From: Verrucomicrobiales bacterium
Lineage (GTDB): Bacteria > Verrucomicrobiota > Verrucomicrobiia > Verrucomicrobiales > V1-33
Direction: 5' to 3'
DNA: 64,000 nucleotides
Assembly: GCA_031411295.1 (NCBI GenBank)
Contig: JANOAV010000161.1
Location: forward strand, 1 to 64,000
How positions within the stretch are numbered: position 1 is the stretch's first letter; each line of letters starts with the position of its first letter. This document shows positions 19,186 to 28,996 of this stretch, one piece after another. Under the pieces are notes generated by a model that was not told where the DNA came from, made no database searches, and worked only from the letters and a program-made list of their open reading frames with translations. Position numbers and translations under genes: made by a program.

Positions 19186-20322
19186 ATGAAATTCTCTGCC
19201 ACTTTTTGGGTCATGGTCTCGCTCGCTTTTGGCGTTGGTGGGTGGTTTCTGGGGCGCAATTCGGTTTCGGCAGAAGGAGCTAAAGCTGCGGTAGTGAATT
19301 CCGTTGTTCAATCTAACACTGCCGCTGCGACTTCAAATAAGACTCCTGTGCAAGTATCGGGCCAGATTTCATCCCCGGTGGATCGTTTCCGTGAGGCATG
19401 TGACTGTAACGATCCCATGGCTCAGATGGCAATGTTCGTCCAAGCCTTGGAGGGGATCACGAAAGAAAACTATAGAGAGTTCGGAGCGCAGTGGACAAAG
19501 TTGCTTGCGCAAGGCATGCCACCATCCGGCATCGACCGTCTCTACAATGTCCGATTAGGACAGGTGCTTGCTGTTAAATCGCTGTCGTTTCGCACTGGAT
19601 CGGAAAAGGATTTCCAAGTATTGGGGAGCATTAAGGAGAGCTTGGTGGGAGCGCTACAGACAGATCCCGATGGTGTTCAACTATGGTTTGATGGACTGAA
19701 GAATGAGCGGTTTCGGGAAAGTTTGCTAGATGGTTTTGTCACAGGAATGGCCGCGAGGGACGTGACCCAAGCAGTGCGATTTGTCGGCACGTTAGATCCA
19801 GATTTGCGCAAGCGTTCCCTAGCTGCCGTCGTGAAAGCGCTGCGCCAAAGCGAACGACCGGAAAATCTTTCGGCTTGGTTTCAGTCAACGGCAGCGGATC
19901 CCTCGTTGGCGAATTCTCCGGTGCTACCCGAGTTATTTGATGCCACTTTGCAAGCTGCACTCGCCATACGGCAGTCTATCCCAACGGCCGCAAAGTTGCT
20001 GGAGGAACACGCCGGCAAGGCCTATGTGGATCTGGAGCAAGCCCGAGGTGTAGCTGCGAAATATGCGCAGGAAAATTTGAAGGGCGCACTCGAATGGGCC
20101 GCCCGCATGGAGGCAACTCATCCATTGGAAGAGCGCGGAACAATTCTAATGGAAGCGTCCGGTGCGGCCCGGGGGAAGGATTTGGAGACTGCGGCTGATT
20201 GGTGTCAGAAGCACGTTACTGGAACGCTCAGGGAGGTCGTGTTGCGAAATTTGGTGGAAAATGCGGAGGCACGAGATCCAGCTCTAGCCCAACGAATTCG
20301 GGGATGGCTGGCGGCACCGTGA
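19186..20322 (+). CDS. Membrane-anchored helical-repeat hypothetical protein (Verrucomicrobia-type)
   Basis: N-terminal TM/signal (AFGVGGWFLG) and repeated DP..A..W-type helical units. Confidence 0.7.
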   Translation: MKFSATFWVMVSLAFGVGGWFLGRNSVSAEGAKAAVVNSVVQSNTAAATSNKTPVQVSGQISSPVDRFREACDCNDPMAQMAMFVQALEGITKENYREFGAQWTKLLAQGMPPSGIDRLYNVRLGQVLAVKSLSFRTGSEKDFQVLGSIKESLVGALQTDPDGVQLWFDGLKNERFRESLLDGFVTGMAARDVTQAVRFVGTLDPDLRKRSLAAVVKALRQSERPENLSAWFQSTAADPSLANSPVLPELFDATLQAALAIRQSIPTAAKLLEEHAGKAYVDLEQARGVAAKYAQENLKGALEWAARMEATHPLEERGTILMEASGAARGKDLETAADWCQKHVTGTLREVVLRNLVENAEARDPALAQRIRGWLAAP

Positions 20323-20557
20323 TTTGTCCAGAGTTTAAGAATCACTCGCATAGCTCCCTGCCTCGGAAAGTCGGCCACTGCGGGGCCAGGTTGTGCCCTC
20401 AGAGCGGTGATCACGGCAAGCACTGTGTGTCGAAAGTGTCACTTTTGACTCATTGTTGAAATTCGTTTTCGTTGCTTTAAGCGTGAGTGTCACACAAATC
20501 CAATCTAGGACGAACTGGGGCGTTTTACAAACATTGCAACCAACCACCATTATTAAC

Positions 20558-21694
20558 ATGATTTCAAAAAGAATCACCTCGATCATCACTAGCTCAGCAG
20601 CCGTGCTGACGCTGGTCAGTGCCGCCCAAGCTGGCACCGCCACTGCCGGCAAGGCTCCTCAGCAAATTGCTGAAACCAAGGAGGAGTCCCCCTTCGACAA
20701 AATTTGGAGCCTCTTCTCACTCTATAAGAACGACTCTAATCCGATCCTCCAGGAACTGAATTTCAGCGGACGGTATCAAGGCCAGTATTACAGCATCGAC
20801 GGGGACAAATCGAGTGATGACGATTGGGATCACCGTCGTTTCCGTCTCGGGGTGAAGGCGAAGATGCTGGACAAGAAACTCTCGCTCAATGCCGAAATTT
20901 TCTCTGAACTCAATCCGGGTGGCGAATTCTATGCTGGGTTCAAGAACCTGAATCTCTCCTACAAATTCAGCGACGAGTTCAATGTCAAAGTCGGTAAGCT
21001 GGAACCCGAGTTCACCTACGACTATAGCATGTCCGACACGCTCCATATCTTCTTCGAGCGCAACGCCTTGGTGAATCAGTTCAAGAATGACTACACCAGC
21101 GGCATCAGCGTCTTTGGCAAATCCGGCAAATGGAGCTATGAACTGGCGGCCACCAGCAACACTCCCGACAAGGAATTCGGTGAATTCAATGGCGGCTGGT
21201 CCACCACGGGCTTCATCAGCTATGACTTGAAGGATGCTCTCTCCGTTGATAAAGCGGTCTGGCGCATGGACTTCATGCACTCCGAACATGACGCCAACGA
21301 CACGCTGATGACTGGCTTCGACAATGGCCTGGCTACTAGCTTGGACCTAAAGACCGGTCCCTACGGTCTGGTCTCTGAGGTGATTGCCGGGTTCGGTAAT
21401 TCCAACAACGTTGGGCTGATCCTGACGCCAACCTATGACATCACCAAGAAACTCCAATTCGTAGGTCGTTATACACTGGCGCTATCCGACGAAGACAAGG
21501 GACAAAACCCTCAAAAGCGCTATGAATCCTTCATTGGTGCCCCCAAGGGTGATGTTTACAACTCCGTCTATGCTGGCCTCAACTACTACCTCTACGGTCA
21601 TAAGCTCAAGCTGATGACGGGTGTCGAGTATGCCACCATGAGCGGCGGTGATAGCTCATGGACCTATCTCGCAGGCATCCGTGCCTTCTGGTGA
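20558..21694 (+). CDS. OprO/OprP-like (phosphate-selective) porin
   Basis: Signal peptide; RRFRLGVK, FFERN and YAGLNYYLYGHKLKLM motifs; aromatic C-terminus (AFW). Confidence 0.82.
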   Translation: MISKRITSIITSSAAVLTLVSAAQAGTATAGKAPQQIAETKEESPFDKIWSLFSLYKNDSNPILQELNFSGRYQGQYYSIDGDKSSDDDWDHRRFRLGVKAKMLDKKLSLNAEIFSELNPGGEFYAGFKNLNLSYKFSDEFNVKVGKLEPEFTYDYSMSDTLHIFFERNALVNQFKNDYTSGISVFGKSGKWSYELAATSNTPDKEFGEFNGGWSTTGFISYDLKDALSVDKAVWRMDFMHSEHDANDTLMTGFDNGLATSLDLKTGPYGLVSEVIAGFGNSNNVGLILTPTYDITKKLQFVGRYTLALSDEDKGQNPQKRYESFIGAPKGDVYNSVYAGLNYYLYGHKLKLMTGVEYATMSGGDSSWTYLAGIRAFW

Positions 21695-21766
21695 TTAAGT
21701 TTGGTTGAAATAGGAACAACGCCATCGGTGACGTCATTTCCGATTGGCAAGGGTTCTTCGAATCCG

Positions 21767-21807
21767 GCGGGCCTGTGCATGTTGCTTTGCACCGGCCCGC
21801 TTTTTTT
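21767..21807 (+). terminator. Rho-independent terminator after the porin
   Basis: GCGGGCC...GGCCCGC stem followed by T7. Confidence 0.8.
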
Positions 21808-22115
21808 GCTTTCTTAGCTCCAAAATTCAGGTGACAAATGAAGGGGGCGCAGCTCCGTGAGGCGAGCTTTCTGACGACAACAGATCCTAATTCCAGCCAG
21901 TGGATGCCAATAGCTGAGAGGGGCAACACTTCGGTATTCCCTAAGCAATATCATGAAAAGAAGGAATATTCGAACTGAAAACCAGTGGGATGCTGGTATC
22001 CTCGCAGAGCGGGTCAACCCGACCGTTCCGCTGCCAAGGAATGTCCGAGTTTCCCGACGCCATGCCCTGCGACTAAAACTAACACAATTCAAACTTCGTC
22101 CCCAGTTACCTCATC

Positions 22116-22808
22116 ATGATTACCCGTGCTCTCCTCCTCTCCGCGCTCGCTCTCTCAACCAGCGCGCTTACCAGTTGTCAAACCGCTCCCACCATGACGA
22201 AGGAGGCGCAGGCGGCTACCACTCCCCAACAAGCTTTCGACAAACTCAAGCAGGGTAATGCGCGCTTCGTGGCGGGGAATACCCTGCATCGCGATCTCCA
22301 CAAGCAGGTGAAAGACACCTCCAAAGGCCAATTTCCCTTCGCCACCGTCGTGAGCTGTCTTGATTCACGCACCAGCACAGAGCTAGTCTTCGACCAAGGG
22401 ATTGGCGACGTCTTCAACGCCCGGGTCGCTGGTAATATTGTTAACCCAGACATCCTCGGAAGCCTGGAATTCGCCTCCAAAGCCGCAGGATCCAAAGTCA
22501 TTGCAGTGATCGGCCACACAAAATGCGGAGCCATCAAAGGTGCCTGCGACCATGTGGAGCTGGGCAATCTTACTGGCTTGATCGACAAGATCGAGCCAGC
22601 GGTGGCCGCCACGCCCTCGGCCAAGGGGGAGGATCGCAGCTCCAAGAACTATGCCTTCGTAGATCGGGTGGCTGAAACCAACGTTCGCAAAACGATGGAC
22701 AACATCCGCCGCAACAGCCCCATCCTCAAGAAAATGGAGCAGGCCGGGGAGATCAAAATCGTCGGTGGCATGTATGACATTGAAACCGGTAACGTGAAAT
22801 TCTTCTAA
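22116..22808 (+). CDS. Beta-class carbonic anhydrase, predicted lipoprotein
   Basis: CLDSR and GHTKCG zinc-ligand motifs, LKQGNARF, and a lipobox-like LTSC after the signal. Confidence 0.93.
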   Translation: MITRALLLSALALSTSALTSCQTAPTMTKEAQAATTPQQAFDKLKQGNARFVAGNTLHRDLHKQVKDTSKGQFPFATVVSCLDSRTSTELVFDQGIGDVFNARVAGNIVNPDILGSLEFASKAAGSKVIAVIGHTKCGAIKGACDHVELGNLTGLIDKIEPAVAATPSAKGEDRSSKNYAFVDRVAETNVRKTMDNIRRNSPILKKMEQAGEIKIVGGMYDIETGNVKFF

Positions 22809-22992
22809 CGCCTCAGATTCGTAATGCTATCGTCGTCGCGTTGCTCGCGAGTGGTTCCCGGTGCCAGGCCCAGGATCAAGTCGATGACAACGCTAACATG
22901 TGGCTGAGCTATGTGGGGAACCACCAGTTGGGAGATAGTCCCTGGGGTTGGTCGGTGCCCGCTGCTGCGCATCAGCCAACCGTCCTTTCGTT

Positions 22993-23778
22993 CTAACGCA
23001 TCACTTCAACGTGACTATCGCCATGGTGAACCATTTCCGTGGCCAGCGTGCCGAGCTTGCGGCTGGTGCCATGCTCCCGGCCGCGGCAGCCGAGCAGAAT
23101 GCAATGGGGTGCCCAAGTCTCCGAATGCTTCAGAATCGCCTTGGCGGGATTACCTTCCAAGAGGACCGGCAGCGCGAAATAGCCCGCCTCTTTCAGTTGC
23201 GCTGCCACCGTCGTTATCCGCGATTGCATCGAGTCGCTGGGGTGGAGTGGATCCGCCACTGCGATGACGTGGAAACCTGTCCCCTGAGGCCACGGGCGTT
23301 GTAATGTTTTGGTGATGGCCAGCTCCGAACCAGCAGAACCGTCGATGGCCAGACTTAAGCGCAGATGCTGAAAACCTGGCTGAGGGTGGGGTCGGCAGAG
23401 TCGCACCGAGCACGGGGCCTCCGCCGCAACTCTGGAGGATACGCTGCCGAACAACAGCCGCTCCAACATCGATTTGCCGTGGGCACCGATGATCACGAGT
23501 TCGGCCTGCTGCGCTTGGGCTTCGAGCAAAATTTCGTCTGCTGGCGCGCCGGTCGCGATAATCGGCTCGATCTGCACCTGAGGCAGCAGACTGCGGATCA
23601 CTTGGGAAGCATGGGCGGTGCGTTTCTCCGCTTCAGCCACCGCTTCGGGTGCGGCAGATTTGGGGACCACGACTAGAACGCAAATCGTCGCGTCCGCATC
23701 CAGTCCCATGCGGGGTAAATCTCCTAAAGCACTCTCCGCAAAATGGGAGCCATCATAAGCCAGCAGAATACGTTTCAT
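22993..23778 (-). CDS. Universal stress protein (tandem USP domains)
   Basis: MKRILLAYDGS, GAHGKS..ERLLFGSVS, and a second domain beginning LAIDGS. Confidence 0.9.
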   Translation of the reverse strand: MKRILLAYDGSHFAESALGDLPRMGLDADATICVLVVVPKSAAPEAVAEAEKRTAHASQVIRSLLPQVQIEPIIATGAPADEILLEAQAQQAELVIIGAHGKSMLERLLFGSVSSRVAAEAPCSVRLCRPHPQPGFQHLRLSLAIDGSAGSELAITKTLQRPWPQGTGFHVIAVADPLHPSDSMQSRITTVAAQLKEAGYFALPVLLEGNPAKAILKHSETWAPHCILLGCRGREHGTSRKLGTLATEMVHHGDSHVEVMR

Positions 23779-23900
23779 AGTTGTTGAGCCACCTTGGGCA
23801 TGGCCCAATATCATGTAACCGAGCGCATCTCACAAGGAGGAAAGTCACGCATGTGGGTGATGGAAACGGCAGCTCTTTGTGCCATTGAATCTTGCCGGAC

Positions 23901-25058
23901 CTACTGCACCACCCGCACTTTATCTGAAGCGGTCACTTCTCCGATGATATACGTAGGCCGTCCCGCTTTCTCGGCGGCTTTTTGGACTTCGAAGGCTTTA
24001 TCCGGGGATACCACCAGACACATGCCGATGCCCATGTTGAAGACTTCATGGAGTTCATCGAAGTCCACTCCGCCCTTGCTCTTAATATAGTCGAAAATCG
24101 GCAAGCTGGGCCAAGTGCCGTGATGAATGTCCGCCCCGCAACCCTCGGGAAGAATGCGGGGGAGATTACCGCTGAAACCACCGCCTGTAATATGGCAGAG
24201 CCCGTGGATGGCGTTGTGCTTGCGCTTATGGCTCGGACCGCCGTTGAATTTCTTGGTCAGCGCACGGGTCAGTGGGCTGTAATTGACATGCGGCTGAAGC
24301 AGGGCTTCGCCAAAGGTGATCTTGGTGCCGGGGATTTTATCGGTCGTCTGGTGCTTCAGTTGCTCGAAGATAATTTTCCGCGCCAGACTGTAGCCGTTGG
24401 TGTGCAAACCGTTGCTGGCCATGCCGAGAATCAAGTCCCCGGGCCGGATAGCAGCTCCGCTGAGGATTTTCTTCTTTTCCACGATGCCGATGATGCAACC
24501 CACGAGATCATATTCGCCCGGCTGATAGAACCCTGGCATCTGGGCCGTTTCGCCACCGATGAGCGCACAGTTGGCGGCCTGACAGGCTTGTTTCATGCCT
24601 GCGATGAGTTTGTCGAAGACAGCGGTGTCGAGTTTGCCGAGACCAATGTAGTCGAGGAAAAACAGGGGCTCTGCACCCATCACTGCGATGTCGTTCACGC
24701 AGTGGTTCACGATGTCCTGGCCCACGCAGCCGTGATTTCCGGTCTCGAAAGCGAGCTTCAATTTCGTGCCCACGCCATCCACCGAACTGACCAGCACGGG
24801 ATGTTTGTATTTGAGCTTGGAAAGGTCGAACAACCCACCGAAGCCACCCACGGCGGCCAGCACTTCAGGGCGACTAGCGGACTTGAGTGTTTCCTTGAGT
24901 CCGTGTTTTACCTTGTCTCCGAGGGCAATGTTGACCCCTGCGGCGGCGTAAGCGGAAGGCTTGGCGGCAGCTTTGACAGCTGGTTTTGCCACGGTTTTAG
25001 CAGCGGCCTTCACGGCTGGTTTGCTGACGGGTTTCTTGATAGCTTTTTTGGTGGCCAT
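23901..25058 (-). CDS. purM: Phosphoribosylformylglycinamidine cyclo-ligase
   Basis: YAAAGV, GGFGGLF, DGVGTK, GGETAQMPG, GLHTNGYSL, HITGGG and FNMGIG motifs; carries an extra K/A/P-rich N-terminus. Confidence 0.96.
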   Translation of the reverse strand: MATKKAIKKPVSKPAVKAAAKTVAKPAVKAAAKPSAYAAAGVNIALGDKVKHGLKETLKSASRPEVLAAVGGFGGLFDLSKLKYKHPVLVSSVDGVGTKLKLAFETGNHGCVGQDIVNHCVNDIAVMGAEPLFFLDYIGLGKLDTAVFDKLIAGMKQACQAANCALIGGETAQMPGFYQPGEYDLVGCIIGIVEKKKILSGAAIRPGDLILGMASNGLHTNGYSLARKIIFEQLKHQTTDKIPGTKITFGEALLQPHVNYSPLTRALTKKFNGGPSHKRKHNAIHGLCHITGGGFSGNLPRILPEGCGADIHHGTWPSLPIFDYIKSKGGVDFDELHEVFNMGIGMCLVVSPDKAFEVQKAAEKAGRPTYIIGEVTASDKVRVVQ

Positions 25059-25085
25059 AGGTGGGAAATTTTGAGGATTGAACAA

Positions 25086-25832
25086 TTAGGCGATGAGTTG
25101 GCGGCTGCCGCTGCACTCCATCCAGATTGATTTAAAGAAATAGTATCCCCAACCATGAACGGGATCGCCATTCCAGTCGGGATCGTAGTGGTGTTGTTTG
25201 TCGGTGAACCGTTCCGGATGCGGCATCAGGCCGAAAACGCGACCGGTCTTGTCCTGCAGGCCAGCAATGTTGGCGGTGGAGCCGTTCACGTCTTCCGTGT
25301 AAGTCAGCGTGACCAGACCGTTGGCCAAATATTCCTCGGCCTTGCCATCAGGAGCTACGAAGCGGCCTTCCGCATGGGCGATGGGCATTTCGATTTCCAC
25401 TTCCTCGGGGAGTTCGCGGAGAAACGGGTTGTCTGGCGTTTGAATTTTCATTTTCACCCAGCGGCATTGGAAGCGGCCGCTGGTGTTATCGATCAAACTG
25501 CCTTCTGGGAGCAGTCCAAGTTTCGTGATAATCTGGAAACCATTGCAGATGCCCAAAATGTGGCCGCCGTTCGCGACGAAGTATTCCAAGGCTCCATCCA
25601 ACTTCTGCTGGGTGATCAACTGCGCCACCCGACCAGCCATGACGTAGTCCCCATAACTGAATCCGCCGGAGAAGACGACGAGAGCCACGCCCACGAAATG
25701 CGCCGGAGTCAGTTCGCTGACAGGGACGATTTCCGTGGTGAAGCCAGCTGCTTCAAGGGCGCGCGCGGTTTCCGTATCACAGTTTGTGCCGGGATACTTC
25801 GGTAGGAGCGCTTTAGGATGAGGGTTATACAT
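25086..25832 (-). CDS. purQ: Phosphoribosylformylglycinamidine synthase glutaminase subunit
   Basis: PGTNCD, GGFSYGDY, GICNGFQ, AHAEG and GLMPHPER motifs. Confidence 0.93.
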   Translation of the reverse strand: MYNPHPKALLPKYPGTNCDTETARALEAAGFTTEIVPVSELTPAHFVGVALVVFSGGFSYGDYVMAGRVAQLITQQKLDGALEYFVANGGHILGICNGFQIITKLGLLPEGSLIDNTSGRFQCRWVKMKIQTPDNPFLRELPEEVEIEMPIAHAEGRFVAPDGKAEEYLANGLVTLTYTEDVNGSTANIAGLQDKTGRVFGLMPHPERFTDKQHHYDPDWNGDPVHGWGYYFFKSIWMECSGSRQLIA

Positions 25833-26121
25833 GGGAGCAGGGAAAGGAGGTTGTGCCCCCATACCGACACGAACCAGCCCCCCTTTGCAACCTGAAATCC
25901 GCTGCCTGATTTGCGCGGGGCACGACTGATTTTTGCGGGGGCAGCCATGGCTCGGTCTCGAATCCGCAGGAGATCAGTGAGGCCTCGACTCGGACGCCGG
26001 GAGATTTCGCACTTCAAGCATCGAAAGTTGCGGACAGGAGCCCCGGCTAGCGTTAGACTTGGGTCTATGCGTTCGCGTGCCTCCTCCATCCTGACTTTTG
26101 TGCTAACAGTCACTCATTTAA

Positions 26122-26316
26122 GAGATTGAAACCAGTGATCCGCAAAGTGCTCTCATCTGGGCCGGGCAGATCCAAAACGAGTCCAGCCGAGATGATATCT
26201 ACCCATCTGTTTTGCGATCGCTCTTCTCCAAAGATCCCATTGCTGGCCGAGCGGCCATCGACAGTGCCCCACTCAGCGCGGAGACGAAAAAGGAACTGCT
26301 GGAAGCACGACCATAA
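26122..26316 (+). pseudogene. Start-less C-terminal fragment of a helical-repeat hypothetical protein
   Basis: Frame reads EIETSDPQSALIWAGQIQNESSRDDIY...KDPIAGRAAIDSAPLSAETKKELLEARP* directly after an in-frame TAA, resembling the C-terminus of 19186-20322-type proteins. Confidence 0.5.
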
Positions 26317-26465
26317 AGGACACATCGAGCACCCTCGATTAGGCGGATTTTCGCACGCCCAAGGAGCGGGGCTTTTGCAGCCCCGGACCAAGCAGGCGTA
26401 TGGTTTAGCGCTGTTTGTGTTCCTAGCATGATGGTGGGGCTTGCAAAGCCCCACTCCTTCGCGCT

Positions 26466-28919
26466 TCACTTCCGAGCCGGATCCACGCGCACTAATCCGG
26501 TGCCGGCCACTTGCTTGAGTTCCTTGCCATCCGCCGTGACGGCTACTTCGCAGGCGATGCTGGGGTAAGTTCCGACCAAGGCATCCGCGCTGGCGGTTAG
26601 TTCCATGGTCAGTTCCTTGCTGTCGTTGCTCACCGCCACCGGACCGCCGGCCATTTCCAGGCCTTTGGGCAGACGGATGAGTTTCATGGTGGCGGCTCCA
26701 GGCAAGGTGCGCACGCTTTCGATGGTCGCCTTCACTAAGGTCCGCTTCCCCCGCTCGACGGAAGAACGGGCTAGCTTCACGCGGAGAAATGGTTCGCTGA
26801 CTTCCAGCTGAATTTGGTTGCTGCTGGCGCGCAGGCGTCCCGCCCGCTCGTCACCTGTGTTGCGGTTGCGGGCGGTGATGACGATGGGGAATTTCCCGAA
26901 TTGGGCTCCCCCTTCTGCTGCCAGACGCAGGGTGGTCTTGGTGGTGTCTCCCGTGATGACGGTTCCAGTCTGAGGCACGATCCCTGCGGGCACGTTCTCT
27001 ACGCCGATTTCCACTGGATCGGAAAACCCGGGCTGGCGCGTTAATTCCACTTCCAATAACAGTTCCCCGCTGCGGCTGAGCGCAATGGTGGGTTGGGTGG
27101 CCTTGATGGAGAAGGGAATCGCATCCGTCACTGCGAACGCCAGTTTATCGAAATGAGCAGCAGTGGCAATGTCGCCATTGGCGTAGGTGAGGGCAATATT
27201 GTGACTGAAGAAGCTGTTCAGCTTCGGGGCCTGGGCATCAACCGGTTGCACCATCAAATCCAGCCACGTAGCGGTCACGGGCGCATCCGCCGCGGCCTCG
27301 AACATAATGGGAATGCGCTTCTGGTCGATGGTGAAGTGCGCGGCGGTTATGGTGACGCCTTGGGGTAAATTGCGGGCCGTGACCTGCAGCTCTCCGGTAA
27401 TTTTCTCCGTGCCATAGGTGGGCCGCAAATTCATCAGAAACAAGGCCCGATTCCCCCGCGCCACCTGGCTGCTGATCCGGCTGTTCTTTTGATTGTTGTC
27501 AGGCGAGTAGAACCCCATCAGCGCCCCGGGCTGAGCCGGCGTAATTTCGATGCGATACAGGGAGAGCGGGCTCCCCAGATTGCGCGAATCTTTCACCGTG
27601 AGGACGAAATCACCATCTTCCTTGGGGGTGAAAATGAGACTGGGGTCCAAGCGCTCGCGGGAGTATGTCTGCTCGAAATTATTGAGATCACCGTCGGTGG
27701 AATCGTCCGCGCGCTCGGGGTTCTGCCCCGCCTTGGCGGTGGCCGGAAGGATTTCCAACTGCAGGTCCGCCGGCGAGCCCAGGGCTTGGGCGTAGCCATC
27801 GATAATCAGCCGCTGGCCTTTCTTGGCGCTAAACTTGAAGCAATCGATGTCCCCATCTTTTTCCAGAATCCCATTCAGTGCCAACGGGATGGCAGCTTCC
27901 TGGCTGACCGTGGCCTGGCTGGGGCTCTCGTTAGGTTCTACTTCCAGCACATTGGGTCCCGCCAGCAAATGCAGCGGATTGGGCGTTGGGGTGGCAGCAT
28001 CCGCCTGATAGCGGAAAGGCTCGGTCCCTTGCGGGAGGCTGATTTCTGCTTTGTCATTGGCACCAAGGGGCAATCCCAAGAAGCGCACCGACAATTTTTC
28101 GCCAGGCTTTCCGCCCGCAGGATAGACTCCAGCCGGGCGACGGAAGTCACCCACATGCAACCGATACGGGATGCGCTTGCCAGTAGCAGAAGGAAGCAGG
28201 GGCTTAATGCTAACAAACACTGGTCCATCCGCCGGAGCGATGGCACTAACAAACGGATCGGCCAGCAGCAGCGGCGTATCATCGCAGGTGGCCAGCGTTT
28301 TCCCCGCCGCATCCATCACCGTCAGGATAACTTCGGTGCCATCATCCGTATCCAACGCCAGGCGGGCGCATTCCACTTCGGCACTGATGAGCTGGCCTTT
28401 TTTCACCTCGTATTTAAAGTAATCCGCATCGTCACCCAGCATCCAGCCATTGACGGTGGCGGCACCAGGCAAGGCTTCCGCAGTTGCCAGGGTATTGTTG
28501 GTCTTGTCCTTTTCGACCGGTTCCTGCTCCACGTGCGTCGGCAGCGCCCCTACAAAAAAGGGCATCACTTCCCCCACCCCATAGTTGGTATAGAGCCGCA
28601 AATAATGCACTCCACTGGGGCAGTTAGGATCAATTTCCATGCTGGCAATCGCCTTTTTCCCGGCCGAGTCCGGCACCTTGGGATCCGCCTCCACGGGGGA
28701 AATCTTCGTTACTTTGATCAGGTCCGTGTCCGCGCACAACACCCCCTTCGGCTCGAACAATTTCAACCCCGTAAAAGTCACTTCCACCGTGCTCCCCCGA
28801 TGCCAACCATACGGAGCCATGCTGGAGACCTTCGGGGTGCCGGGAAATTTCGGCGTTTCCGCCTGGACTGCTGCAGTAAGCACCAGCGCTAAGGGAAGGA
28901 ACTGTAAGGAGAGTTTCAT
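26466..28919 (-). CDS. Secreted PPC (pre-peptidase C-terminal) domain protein, PVC-type
   Basis: Signal peptide; E.EPN motifs, DIDCFKF and DADYFKY; downstream of DUF1501. Confidence 0.8.
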   Translation of the reverse strand: MKLSLQFLPLALVLTAAVQAETPKFPGTPKVSSMAPYGWHRGSTVEVTFTGLKLFEPKGVLCADTDLIKVTKISPVEADPKVPDSAGKKAIASMEIDPNCPSGVHYLRLYTNYGVGEVMPFFVGALPTHVEQEPVEKDKTNNTLATAEALPGAATVNGWMLGDDADYFKYEVKKGQLISAEVECARLALDTDDGTEVILTVMDAAGKTLATCDDTPLLLADPFVSAIAPADGPVFVSIKPLLPSATGKRIPYRLHVGDFRRPAGVYPAGGKPGEKLSVRFLGLPLGANDKAEISLPQGTEPFRYQADAATPTPNPLHLLAGPNVLEVEPNESPSQATVSQEAAIPLALNGILEKDGDIDCFKFSAKKGQRLIIDGYAQALGSPADLQLEILPATAKAGQNPERADDSTDGDLNNFEQTYSRERLDPSLIFTPKEDGDFVLTVKDSRNLGSPLSLYRIEITPAQPGALMGFYSPDNNQKNSRISSQVARGNRALFLMNLRPTYGTEKITGELQVTARNLPQGVTITAAHFTIDQKRIPIMFEAAADAPVTATWLDLMVQPVDAQAPKLNSFFSHNIALTYANGDIATAAHFDKLAFAVTDAIPFSIKATQPTIALSRSGELLLEVELTRQPGFSDPVEIGVENVPAGIVPQTGTVITGDTTKTTLRLAAEGGAQFGKFPIVITARNRNTGDERAGRLRASSNQIQLEVSEPFLRVKLARSSVERGKRTLVKATIESVRTLPGAATMKLIRLPKGLEMAGGPVAVSNDSKELTMELTASADALVGTYPSIACEVAVTADGKELKQVAGTGLVRVDPARK

Positions 28920-28996
28920 AATGAGAGGGTGCGGACGTGCTGTGGCCGTCAGACGTGCCATGTTGGACCAACCATCGTTAAAGAGAGCCGTTGGAG

